DNA from: Epithemia pelagica
Taxonomy: Eukaryota; Protista; Bacillariophyta
Length of the DNA stretch: 64,000 nt
Reading direction: 5' to 3'
Assembly (NCBI GenBank): GCA_946965045.2
Contig: OX337232.1
Location: forward strand, 1,302,001 to 1,366,000
The stretch's first letter is position 1; every line of letters starts with the position of its first letter. Under the pieces are notes generated by a model. The model was not told the origin of the DNA and searched no databases. It saw only the letters and a list, made by a program, of their open reading frames with translations. Below, one piece after another: positions 12,207-23,600 of the stretch. Position numbers and translations under genes: made by a program.

Positions 12207-12871
12207 ATGCAAGCAGATGAGCAGAAGCAACCGGATGGATATTGCCTCACGGCAATCCTGAAGGACCAAGCTTCAGGCACCACTGCTGTCCTCAATGGTG
12301 TTGCCACTGATGGCATTGTCGTGTCGTCATCGTCGTCTTCGTTGCCTTTTTCGTTTTCTGTGGACAACTTCACAGGTGAGAAACACGTTGTACACTTGTC
12401 TCTGCTGTTTCACGTACTTACCTTTTTGTTGTATCGGTTCCAGGAACCATTTGCATCGACGGTGACTGCTGGAAGCTTGTTTACCTCGACCAGCGTCACC
12501 GTTCGATGCAATCCAAAGACCCGTTGAGCGTCATTGCCTTCAAGATGAAGGATGCTGAACGCACGGACCACGGGGTTGGTACCATTCACGAAGGAGAAGG
12601 AGAAGAAGAAGCCTCAACTGACGAGTCGTCGGACGATGGTGTTGTGTACACCAAGGACTCATTTTCTCAGGATGTCACCATGATGCAAGACGAGCGCCTT
12701 CTCAAGGCTTTCGACTTGATGAGCCCTGATTCACGACATGAACGTGAAGAGGATGATGAGTTACAGAAGAAGAAGAAGAAATGGAACAACAACAACAACA
12801 GCAATGATAGCGATGACTCACCTTTGTTTGCTCGTCGGTCGACGCGACGCAACAACAAAAAGAAGAACTAA
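12207..12871 (+). CDS. Transposon accessory ORF3, 2 exons (12207-12375, 12444-12871), 198 aa, unknown function
   Basis: A canonical 68-bp intron (GTGAGA...CTTAC...pyrimidine tract...CCAG) joins two ORFs in frame: DNFTG|TICIDGDCWKLVYLDQRHRSMQSKDP. The protein ends in an acidic then K/R-rich (NLS-like) tail. Confidence 0.65.
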
Positions 12872-13047
12872 TCACAGGTGGTGGGGCAGCCGTTGATGAT
12901 TCTTGTTTGATTGTTGAATAATGAACCAACCCGCCAGGAATAAGTAGTAGTAGTAGTGAGCAGTGCACGTTGTTGACATGTCTGTTGTTGTGCTCGTTCA
13001 TATCCGTAGTAGTTTATCACCCGCTTTGCTTTTGCATCTGTTGTTGT

Positions 13048-13113
13048 TGCACGCTGGAGGCATGTTCTAATAGGTTATGATGCACCTTGGAGGTACGTTC
13101 TAATAGGTTATGA
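13048..13113. repeat. Subterminal 33-bp tandem repeat x2 (29/33 identical)
   Basis: TGCACGCTGGAGGCATGTTCTAATAGGTTATGA followed by TGCACCTTGGAGGTACGTTCTAATAGGTTATGA. Confidence 0.9.
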
Positions 13114-13145
13114 GACTTCAAGAGAAGTGGAAAATAGTACTAAAG

Positions 13146-13183
13146 TACAAAATCGGGGTTTACTGTACCCCTTGTCGAACGTG
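13146..13183 (-). repeat. Right bipartite TIR: CACGTTCGACAAGG + 13 bp + CCGATTTTGTA (read on minus strand)
   Basis: Reverse complement reads CACGTTCGACAAGG-GGTACAGTAAACC-CCGATTTTGTA. Confidence 0.93.
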
Positions 13184-13186
13184 AAC

Positions 13187-13983
13187 ATCTGGAAAATACC
13201 CATTCAAAAGATCCTAATGTTGACCCTCCCATGCACACAATCTGTATCAAAGCGTCCAACTTGAAGTGGAAAAAAGCGGGAACAAGAAATGACTATGTTG
13301 ATTTCAACAAGGCAAGTGAAGATATCCTATATGCCACCTGTGGTGAGGGTCACTTGCAAGGACGAGACAACAAGAGATATGATCCACTTTTGAAACTGTA
13401 TTATAGAAGACCGTTGTGTATCAATGAAAACAAAGACGTTGAGTCATGTATTGCTAATGGAGCCATGTGTGAATTCAATGGCGTTCTCCTTAAGCAAGGG
13501 GTGACATTAACTGATTTGGAGAAAATATTGATTGATGGATATTATGTTTGGAGTCTTAAGGTCACTCAAATCGAGGGAATCAAGGTGAAAATGGTTGATG
13601 GAAACCAGAACCATGTTGTTCTTTTGAAGCCTCAGACTGTTACTCAACAAGTGCAGTTCCCACTCCCCATGTTTGGCATGAAACGAGTGAGGAAAACGAT
13701 GAAAATGACGCAGCTTCCTCTCAATGTGTCCAATGCAAGGACTGTTCATAAGCTACAAGGGAGATCAATCGAATTTCTTTACATATCGAACTGGGACTAC
13801 ACGGGCAATTGGAACTATGTTTGTTTGTCGACAGTTTGCCAGCTCAAAGGCCTTTTCCTTGCAAAACCACTTATAGCCGACAAATGTCGTGGAATGTCTG
13901 CTGAATGTAAAGAGTTTCATGTACATTTCCGGACAACTAAACGTCCGCCACCCGCGGTTCAGCTCGATGAAAGACTTAATTAA
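13187..13983 (+). pseudogene. PIF1-family (Helitron-type) helicase remnant, 3' piece
   Basis: Contains LKLYYRRPLCINENKDVESCIANG, QLPLNVSNARTVHKLQGRS (motif V) and WNYVCLSTV (motif VI, with the usual Arg of SRV replaced by Thr). Confidence 0.8.
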
Positions 13984-14544
13984 CTTTCATTTCTAGGAAG
14001 TGCTGCCAAAGATAAATAGAATAGTCCTGTCCACTGTACTACTGATACTGAACTCAGCCGTCCTTTACCGCCTTGGCGGTTTCAATCAGTACTACTTGGA
14101 GCTGCCCACCCCGAGCTATATCTCCTTCCCCCTTAACTCTTCTCTATCTAGCGGAGTACTCCTACGCTGCATCCCCTTACAACAATGTGTTCGTGAACAG
14201 CTGAAAATGAACTCGTCTCTCATTACCAATGTCTTGAACAAAGCAAGGTTCTCAGCCAGGTCGCTTGTCTGCTTCTTCTTGTTCAATTCCTTAAACGATC
14301 TTATGGTCTTCTAATCCAGTGAACAATGGTGCTGGGAGATTTTGACTGATGTATTGTGACGAATCATACATTGATGGAGCCACATCCGCGTACAAGTCCA
14401 GAATAAAAGCTGCCATATAAGGGAGTGGACTGACAATTCTTTTGCGTCGAACCGAGAAGGTGAACTGGCCACTACCCAGTGCACGACAAATTGCAGGTTT
14501 GTCAAAGTGGATCAATGGTGGACCAATGGATGATCCTTCCATCC

Positions 14545-15981
14545 TTAGGCCAGCAATGATTGACTTCTTGTGTTATCCTCAACGTTTGGATTTCCATTTG
14601 CGTTGCCCTGGTTGCGGATGCGTGCCCACCAGGTGGAAAGAAGTTTTGGTCTCTTGTAGAAAAACAGCCCAACAATCAGTAGCGCATAGCTTGCAGCTAG
14701 TACGGAAAAGACATCCGACTTTCGAATACGCCATCGTCTCATTGGAGGAATGGGGACGTCTCGACCGCATTCGTCGAGTTCAGATTGACCGCATGTATTT
14801 CGAAGCACCGAAAGAAGCGCGTTGCCATGAAGAGCTACATTGTCCACAGCGAAGAGGGAAATTGAGTTGAAACCACCATCATAGATAAGGTCCACCATAT
14901 CAGCGTTTACGTTTGAAGCATGATTGTCTTCCAGGATGGAGGAAAAGTGGGATAAGCCCATCGCAACCGCATGTGCATCCACTTGCCACAATGCTTGAAC
15001 TTCGTTGAAAGGGTGAATGTCCAAACTGAACGGTGGTCCCAATTGCGAATTGTAATCTGATGCCTCGTTATTCGCACTGGCTAGGGCATAAGCTTGGAGC
15101 TTTTCCCATTGATCCCGTGAATTCTTGCACGATGTTTTGTTGTTGTATCCCCAGCACGTTACAAGCTCGGCTGAAACGGAATGAAGTACGAAGGAAAAGA
15201 AGTGAGAAAAGAGAAAGGATCGTCAAGTTTGTGAGATGTATGGGGTTAAATCAAATGACATACACTCAAGGTAGTTTTCTTTGGCGCAACTGCTGCCATA
15301 GTAGTCGTGGCCATCTACTGCCAGAACGTAGCCTTTTGATGCATCAGTTTGTGAAGCCTCATATTTCGCGTCACCAATTGTCCACTCATAGATGTCCCCA
15401 CATTCACGATATGGGATCCCATATTGACCATAAATTGATTCCAAGGCGCTTGTCATGGCATAGGGATCATCGTCGTATTGATTTGAATTCTCGTAGTCAA
15501 AGTGACTGGTGAGGAGGAGAACAAGTTCTGTTGGATTGTCTGCAGCCCACCGAACAATATCTTCGACCGCATCTCGGAACGTCACGGGAATGTGAATGGC
15601 TCCATGGTGGAATATTACGGTTCCATTGGTGAGCAAGAATGGTCGCAGATCGAGTGCTCTTGCTCCATTGTTTAACTGGTCGTACAAACTCCCGACTTGC
15701 GTTTTGCTATAAAAAGAGGATAGTCCAGTTTTCGAAAGTCCGACCTTAATATATCCTGTCGCAGCATCGTGGGCGAATACAAACGAGGCCTCAGAGAGAT
15801 AGAGGTCGTCGGGTTGATTGGGCAAGTAGCACGCCGGAAACGAAAAGTCTGATGCGCTATGCCGTGAACATGGTATGCGATGATAAGCTAGCACTCCAAT
15901 ATGACTTGTAAGCAACGCAGCAAAGAAGTTAACAACGATCGGAACCAAGCGAGCTCTAGGTAGATTGATGTTGCGCATCAT
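14545..15981 (-). CDS. PI-PLC X-domain (PLC-like phosphodiesterase) protein with signal peptide and C-terminal TM; 2 exons (15981-15264, 15170-14545)
   Basis: FAHDAATG and TQVGSLYDQLNNGARALDLRP...FHHG are PI-PLC X-box features. The GTATGT...TTTCAG intron 15171-15263 joins the two ORFs in frame (448 codons). Confidence 0.85.
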
Positions 15982-16522
15982 GCCAGATCAATCATCGGCT
16001 GATTTTTCTGCTTTTTTTGCGTTGCTCATGTCATTCTTTTTTGTCATTGGGCCATTTTGGTTATGGATCGCTGAACGGAGTACTTGTAGGTTATGCCTAC
16101 TATTGTATATTGCCATAGGCCGAGCCGGCCGCCTCATACCCGTTAAAGCTACATGTGGGTTTACCTTTTCGCGTTAACCTCTTCGCACCCCTCTAGCACG
16201 AAATCGAATCTACTAGCTAGAGGATCACCACTCACCACCGAGCACCGAGGTTCCTTCTTTCTTGAAGACAAGTCCAATTTCATGGAATTTGGGATCTGTG
16301 TGGTGAGAGTTGTCATGGGATAGTTATGATCAACACGGAAGCTTACTTTTGTGGCAACCGAGATCTACGAGTGACTGACTCTGAAGAAGATGGGTCCTTC
16401 CATCTAAGTCTCTTTTTCCACAGGGCTAATTCTGGCCTGGAAAGAGAGCTAAACATTGTATTTAACAAAACTCTATTATAATGGTTTCAAATATGTAAAT
16501 GTATGTGATTGGAGCAGTGCAT

Positions 16523-18421
16523 CTACTCCTTTTGCTCCCATGCCATCCCATTTTGCTCTGGCTGTGGTTGCTGGTGCGGCTGTGCCCCGAAATAGTTTTC
16601 TGCTGATACTTTGCTGCTCTCTTTTGATATCAGGGACACGTCTTCGTCGTCCGACTCTATTGAGAGTGGACTTCTTGATCGAAGACTTCGTTCCCATGAT
16701 GGCATGGAGGCCAACACTCGAGGTCCCTGATTAGCTTCTTGCATCATTGAAGTAGGAGCGTCAGGCATAGCTTCGTTTTCAAAAACCTTTGTTAAAGACG
16801 CTCCGCCAATCGATCCGGTTGCAGAGTGATCCCCCATCATCATACCAGATTGATTCTCGAGAACACTTCCAGCCCCTTCCATTTCCATACTTCCTTCCTC
16901 ACCACGGCCACTAAAGTAAGACGCCGCAGTGCTGAACTGTTCCGAAACCGGCAGCCAACTGTGACAGCTACCAAGCGATGAGAATGCAACAGACGAGAAT
17001 CCCACAGACGATTGTTGGTCTGGTACGGCCAGTCTTGGTGGCGGTGGCATACGTTCTTCGGACGCAACGCTTCCTTCATTGTCGTTGGCCGAACGATCCA
17101 CAAGCTGTACCTCTTGTCCTTCCCATTCAACCGCCATCTCATCTTCCGGTTCTTCCACTTGTTGATTGTGAACCTCAGGTGGTTGAGGGGCCACGGGTGG
17201 AAAGGCTGGTGCTGGTTTCTGTGCAGTGTCATTACCGCATAATATACTTCCCGCATCCCAGGATCCGATCGATCCAAGGATCTGGGTAGCCACTTGGTCC
17301 ATGAGAGTACTATTTTGTTCCTCATCAAGGCCTTGGGGTTCAATATCATGTGGTTGTGCGTGGTTGTCCACAAGCGAATTGCCACTCATGACAGAATTGC
17401 TTGACGATGGCGCAACTCGTTTCACACTTCGCTTGGTATCACTTCGGAACTTGACCATTCGCCGTTTCTTGCTGTCATCATTGTGTACATACGACAATGG
17501 TTTGCTCGAGATTGATCCCAGGGATCCACCACTTGTGACATGGGCATCGTGAGCGTCTCCAGAATTGGAATGATGGCTTCCAAGAGAGCCATTACCCGAG
17601 GTTTGTCCTCCACTAAGACTAAGGCTTTCCTCTGTCCATCTCTTGAGGCTCTCTGCGCTCGAGCTTATATAATCAGCAGTCTGCTCAAACGCTGACTTGG
17701 GCGGCGGAGGAGGATGCGGGTGGTGAGGATGCCCATGCGGCGGAGGAGGGTAATAACCCCAGTGTCCTTCGGGTGGTGGTGGTGGATAGTAGCCTGGGTG
17801 ACCTGGATGTGCATGATGGGGATGAGGAGGAGGTGGGTGAGGGGCGTGATGAGAATATCCGTAGTATGAAGGGTAAGACGGTCCCCATCCTCCCTGATAA
17901 TAGGTCGGAGATGATTGTGGTGGTGGTGGCATTTGACTTGGAGCATTAACGTGTGTTTCGTGTTCTTCCTTCTTGAGCTCTGCTCGTTGCTCGTTGATTT
18001 CCGTTTCGATTTCGGCACGAATCGTGGGAGCATTCTCACGCAGTGCTTGACTCGTCTTATCTCTAGCTTTTTCATCCCCAATGTCCCTCCAAAGACCTGT
18101 CTTCTTATCTTGCTGAAGAAACCGTCCCGGTGGATCAAGACCACGAATTTCGGAAACAATACTACTTGCTATAAGGCGCTTTTCACGCTTGAACCGCGCC
18201 GTGAGATAAACACGTTTCCGCTTCTCTACAAGCGTTCGAAAGCGCTCGTTTCCAGGGTGTGAATTAATACTCCCTCCACGCCCACACAAAACATCGTTCG
18301 GACTTGGGTCCTTTGTTGTTTCGTTCTTAAAGTCTGGTGTCGACCCAGAATCAGGTGATATTTGTGCTGTGGTATCCATATCCTCCGAAGTCGGTGTTGT
18401 CATATCTCTGTCTTCACTCAT
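16523..18421 (-). CDS. DUF6824-domain protein (diatom-expanded putative regulator), 632 aa
   Basis: NDVLCGRGGSINSHPGNERFR...GRFL...WRDIGDEKARDKTSQALRE is the DUF6824 signature, followed by a P/H/Y-rich low-complexity region. Confidence 0.85.
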   Translation of the reverse strand: MSEDRDMTTPTSEDMDTTAQISPDSGSTPDFKNETTKDPSPNDVLCGRGGSINSHPGNERFRTLVEKRKRVYLTARFKREKRLIASSIVSEIRGLDPPGRFLQQDKKTGLWRDIGDEKARDKTSQALRENAPTIRAEIETEINEQRAELKKEEHETHVNAPSQMPPPPQSSPTYYQGGWGPSYPSYYGYSHHAPHPPPPHPHHAHPGHPGYYPPPPPEGHWGYYPPPPHGHPHHPHPPPPPKSAFEQTADYISSSAESLKRWTEESLSLSGGQTSGNGSLGSHHSNSGDAHDAHVTSGGSLGSISSKPLSYVHNDDSKKRRMVKFRSDTKRSVKRVAPSSSNSVMSGNSLVDNHAQPHDIEPQGLDEEQNSTLMDQVATQILGSIGSWDAGSILCGNDTAQKPAPAFPPVAPQPPEVHNQQVEEPEDEMAVEWEGQEVQLVDRSANDNEGSVASEERMPPPPRLAVPDQQSSVGFSSVAFSSLGSCHSWLPVSEQFSTAASYFSGRGEEGSMEMEGAGSVLENQSGMMMGDHSATGSIGGASLTKVFENEAMPDAPTSMMQEANQGPRVLASMPSWERSLRSRSPLSIESDDEDVSLISKESSKVSAENYFGAQPHQQPQPEQNGMAWEQKE

Positions 18422-20620
18422 GGTCGGTGCTGCGAGAGAGTGCCGCTTTGCGAATTGGGGCGTGACTGTTGGCTACTGCGAATGATTATCAAGGAATAAA
18501 CAGCACAAAATGTATTTTGGACTTGCGAATGCCAACAACAAGGCTTCGATCCTTGGGCGTCTTTGGTTCCTATTGTCCCCTTTCCAAAGATGAAACGTTG
18601 AGCCAATCGTGTCCTTATTCTTGATCAGTGCACCTTTCTATATCGCCGATTCGTCCTTGATTAGTCTCTCTCGGGAGGAGTACTTTTTTCGTGGCCTCCT
18701 CCTCTTGTTTTCTCCGTTCGATGATGGTACATCAACAATGTACGTACACAACAAAAGGAGAGCAGCGAGGAAAGCGGTCATGAAAAAAGGATACACACGG
18801 AGCGTTGGGCCACCCCACTGTTCTCTGCTTCTCCGCGGTCTCGTGGGAGAGCCATAGATAAAATTTCATATATCATACGTAACGTTATATATTGATAATC
18901 GCTCATTTAACGTATCATCGAGTCGTTCCAGCGCACCCTGGATGCAAACAGATACCCCCTTACAAATGTTTAGAAGGTAGCACGTGAACGTGACCTAAGT
19001 AAGTTTTATCTTTTTAATTGCCCTTTCTTGGGGGCAGTGACAGATGGCCGACAAAAACATGAAAGTTAGATCTACCAGCCAATTTTTCAATCTAATCGAA
19101 TGCCAACGCAGACGATCCACCTCGGGAATGAGTCGCTACACTGTACTCGTACGGTGTTTAGGGCGAGAGGGAACAATGGATGAGACTTTTTCTCTCACAA
19201 AATCTCACTCAACGGAAATGAAAATTTGGTTTTTGGTTTCCCGGCTGGTGTGGTTCCTAAAAAATGGCCATTCGACAATCAATGTAGTGTATGTTGTATT
19301 CTATTGCCATTCCCGCCATCTGTCAGGTAGTAGTGTTTTGTTCCTAGGTAGTCTCGAGATCTTGGAACGGAAAGACCGGCCCGCTTGTTGTCTGTGCTCG
19401 ACAGCGCCAACGAAAGAAACATGAGGAACAACGACCGATCGTGCTCTGTTCAACTCCTACGATCCCCTTTCAACGACAAAGAGAAGGACGTTGAACCACT
19501 ATCCACATGCTAGTTGTCATTTTCCTTGGTTTTTCCTCCCCGCTTGTCTACGACCAATTCGCGTTGGTCTTGGTTCAACATCGAAAATCGATCCAAACTG
19601 CACAACCATTTGAGTCGTTCATCTTCCGATCTGAGTCGTATGGAATGGATACATTACCGGGAAGAAAGATGGGATCAAAGATGAGATACCTTGATTGATT
19701 GATTGAGCTTTCCCTGCTTTGTCCCGGAAAGCAACGACGTGGCCTTTAGGATGTCCCGGACCATCAACCACAAGGGATATCCTTCGAATATTGTCGAGCA
19801 TACCGTATACATCCCCGTATGTGCCAAGTATTGTTCGCAGCAACAGCAGAAGAGCATTGGTGTTTCATACGTAGCGCTGTCACGTTTCATTGGAAAATTC
19901 ATGTTTTGTCGAGCAGGAAAGTCGGAAGTCGGAATGGGCCGACGTCTTCCCACCGCTGGCCAAACGTTGATGGGCATGTCGAATTACGGCCGTCAGATGG
20001 TCAAGATAGACGGGAGGCAACATTTAGGATAACTTCTACTACTAGGTTTTTTCATGAGAAGATCATGACCATTGGTGGGGGAGCACTGCGCCGTTTGCAA
20101 AATCTTGAACCCCACACACCGCGATTCTTATACCATGGAAAGATTCTGTTAGTATCAACACCTCGCTGTAGCAAGAGATGTCGTTGATCGAATCGTCACT
20201 GGATTGGTCGTCTTGAATGATGTGAGAATAGGGATATGGGTTATGGGAATGAGCCGTTTTGTCCCGCGCCAAAATGGAATGTCGGCAGGTGCGTGGGGGA
20301 GATTCCTGCGCCGAAGCACATGCGCAGGTGACGGGTTCGCCTAAGTATTCAAAATACATAGAAGCGCATATTGGACCTGGACGCGCCCGTCAGACGGCGC
20401 GATCATTCTTTCATCTTTTGAAGTTTGACGCCAAGAACGACGAGAAACAGAGAACATCATTGCCGCCATGGTCGAAGGGTAAACATTCAATTCACAGGTA
20501 TTAGTTGACTTCGACTCTTGTGGGATCCTGACGCATCACAAAGTCGCAACAAGACAATTCATTCGCGTGGAGCGCAACCAGTCGCAACAAATCAGCAACC
20601 ACAGTTTCTGTCGTGGGGGC

Positions 20621-23600
20621 ATGCCGAAACGAAAACAACCGAGTTCTGCTTCCGACACAGAGGATGACAATGATGGACGCGCATCTCCCTTTCTTCCGAA
20701 ATGTGACAATGTACAAGTAAATCACACTGCAGCACCAAGGAATCAAGAGAATGTTCCTCCGCGAATTCCTCCCCCACAAAACGGGAATACATTCTCCTCG
20801 TCTCCGACACCATTGCTCGACCGTCGATACCCTGAAAGATCCGATGGGGTCTTAGCCAAGAGCGCAACTGACGAAAAGAGTAGCGGCAGGTCCACGGGGG
20901 AATTTGGGGGTACATCTAGAATACCCGGAATTCCCAAAGAAAAAACGAGCTCTATTTCGTTCCAAACAGCTGGAACTGGAAGGTCTCTGCAGGTGTCGAA
21001 TGAACAACTCCTTCGAGCTGAAGCGCTAGTTTCACGTCCATCATCTGAAAAATCGCGTGGTCACGACGAACAAGTTTCGGACGACAGTAATGTCGTGCCC
21101 CTCCATTTCGATAGTGCACAACCCTCCACAGACTCGACCAATCCCCCAGCTACAGGACTGTTTCAGAGCGCCGGTTGTGGCAAGGCGATTCATGTCAAGG
21201 AAGAAGACCTCACCAGAGCGAACGACCTTCTTAATCGACCTGCCAAAAATACAGGGAACCATTCCGAGTTCACTGGCTTTAGAGAAATTCACCCGGGAGG
21301 GATTGGAAAAGGGGGCCGAAAAGGACGTGATGCGGCTAATCAAACTGCCGGCAACACAAGGCCTCTTCCAGCAAGAGTTTCATTCGGTGGCCTCGACTGT
21401 CACAGTTCGTCCAGTAGTAGAGAAAGAGACAGCATTCAAAACACATCGCTCAGTCACAGTGCGTCCTTTCACAGTGCAGGAAGTGGCAAGACGATTCAAG
21501 TGGATCCGGAAGCCCTTCTCAGGGCAAATGATATGCTCAATCGATTAGACAATGACAGTTCACGTCAAACAAGAGGTGGCCAACTTCATAAGGACCACGA
21601 TACCAATGTGAAACACATTCCACGCGATCGCAGTCGGACGAAAGATAGCCAATTGTTTCAGAGTGCCGGGAGCGGGAAGACTATACAAGTCGATGACGAA
21701 CAACTTTCAAGGGCAAATGAGCTTCTGAACGTACCTGTTCCTGCCACAACCACAATGCGTCGACCGCCGAGAGTCTCGTTGCCAAGTGTGGGTGACTTCA
21801 GAACCAAGGATGGTAATGAGAAATGCGAAAAGAAAGGTGCGCCTATGGCATTGTTTCAAAGTGCAGGAAGTGGCAAAACGCTTCATGTGGATGAGGAAGA
21901 GATGGAGAGAGCAAGCGAGCTTCTGAACAAACCTGTAAAAACCTCTCGCCATTGTCCTTCAACGATGCCATTGCAGAACGGAGGGACTGGTAAAGAACAT
22001 GGTGAAGGCGAGGGACACGGAACTTCGGGGACAAAATCTGGATTATTTGCTAGTGTGTTTCAAACCGCCGCAAGCGGTAAGACTATTGAGATCGATGAAG
22101 ACCAGCTTGCAAGGGCCGATGAGCTTCTAAACGAACCTGTCACAAATACTGCGAGTCGGCCACCAAGGGTCTCGTTGCTAGGTACGGGCGACTTGAAAAC
22201 CAATAGTAAGAATGGAAAATTTGTGAATGAAGGTGCACCCATGGCATCATTTCAAAGCGCGGGAAGTGGCAAAACGCTTCATGTGGATGAGGAAGCTATG
22301 ACGCGAGCAAACGAGCTACTTAACAAACCTGTGAAAAGGTCACGAGATTGTCCACCAGAGACGCCGTTGCAAGACGGAGGGAATGACAAAGGACTTGACA
22401 AAGGCCCGCGACAAGCAACTACTGGAACGAATGTAGCTGTTTCGTTTCAGAGTGCGGGGAGCGGTAAGACCATACACGTCGATGAAGAACAACTCTCAAG
22501 GGCAAATGAGATTCTGAACGTTCCTGTCACAAACACTTCGAGTCGGCCACCAAGGGTCTCGTTGCCAGGTGTGGGTGACATCAGAACCAAGGCCGGTATT
22601 GAGAAATGCGGAAGGAAAGGTGCACCCATGGCATCATTTCAAAGCGCGGGAAGTGGCAAAACGCTTCATGTGGATGAGGAAGCTATGACGCGAGCAAGCG
22701 AGCTACTTAACAAACCTATGAAAAGGTCACGAGATTGTCCACCAAAGACGCCGTTGCAAGACGGAGGGAATGACAAAGGACTTGACAAAGGCCCGCGACA
22801 AGCAACTACTAGGATAAATCCTGGTGTTTCGTTTCAGAGTGCCGGGAGCGGTAAGACCATAAACGTCGATGAAGAACAACTCTCAAGGGCAAATGAGCTT
22901 TTGAACGTTCCTGTCACAACCACTTCGAGTCGGCCACTAAGGGTCTCGTTGCCAGGTGTGGGTGACTTCAGAACCAAGGCCAGCTTTGAGAAATGCGGAA
23001 GGAAAGGTGCACCCATGGCATTGTTTCAAAATGCGGGAAGTGGCAAAACGCTTCATGTGGATGAGGAAGAGATGGCGAGAGCAAGCGAGCTTCTGAACAA
23101 ACCTGTAAAAACCTCTCGCCATTGTCCTCCAAGGATGCCGTTACAAGATGGAGGGAATGGGCGTGACGAAGGCGCGAAACAAGAAACTGCTGGGACGAAT
23201 GCAGCTGTTTCGTTTCAGAGTGCGGGGAGCGGTAAGACCATAGACGTCGATGAAGAACAACTCTCAAGGGCAAATGAGCTTTTGAACGTTCCTGTCACAA
23301 ACACTTCGAGTCGGCCACCAAGGGTCTCGTTGCCAGGTGTGGGTGACATCAGAACCAAGGCCAGTTTTGAGAAATGCGGAGGGAAAGGTGCACCCATGGC
23401 ATTGTTTCAAAATGCGGGAAGTGGCAAAACGCTTCATGTGGATGAGGAAGAGATGGCGAGAGCAAGCGAGCTTCTGAACAAACCTGTAAAAACCTCTCGC
23501 CATTGTCCTCCAAGGATGCCGTTACAAGATGGAGGGAATGGGCGGGGCAAAGGCCCGCAACAGGGAACTGCTGGGACGAATGCTGGTGTTTCGTTTCAGA

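Larger units (their letters stand above)
7032..13183 (+). mobile_element. 6152-bp cut-and-paste DNA transposon with RAG1/Transib/Chapaev-like transposase; CAC...GTG termini, 3-bp TSD (AAC)
   Basis: A perfect 14-bp terminal inverted repeat CACGTTCGACAAGG lies at 7032-7045 and 13170-13183, plus a second shared block CCGATTTTGTA. AAC occurs at both 7029-7031 and 13184-13186. Removing the element and one AAC rejoins the PIF1 frame (IFAK-H-LENTHSKDPNVDPPMHTIC). Confidence 0.93.

Noticed and set aside
13967-13996. ATGAAAG...CTTTCAT hairpin followed by CTAG as a Helitron 3' end
   Set aside because: The stem is only 7 bp, AT-rich and 2 bp from the CTAG. Helitron hairpins are longer, GC-rich and about 10-12 bp upstream.
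14110-14542. Minus-strand protein-like frames joined by an apparent frameshift (…LFTGLEDHK / FKELNKKKQTSDLAENL…)
   Set aside because: No recognisable family; it could be a decayed ORF but cannot be supported without a homology search.
19044-20504. Cluster of 60-126 aa ORFs on both strands between the DUF6824 gene and BRCA2
   Set aside because: No motifs and no consistent splice model; a small spliced gene cannot be excluded.
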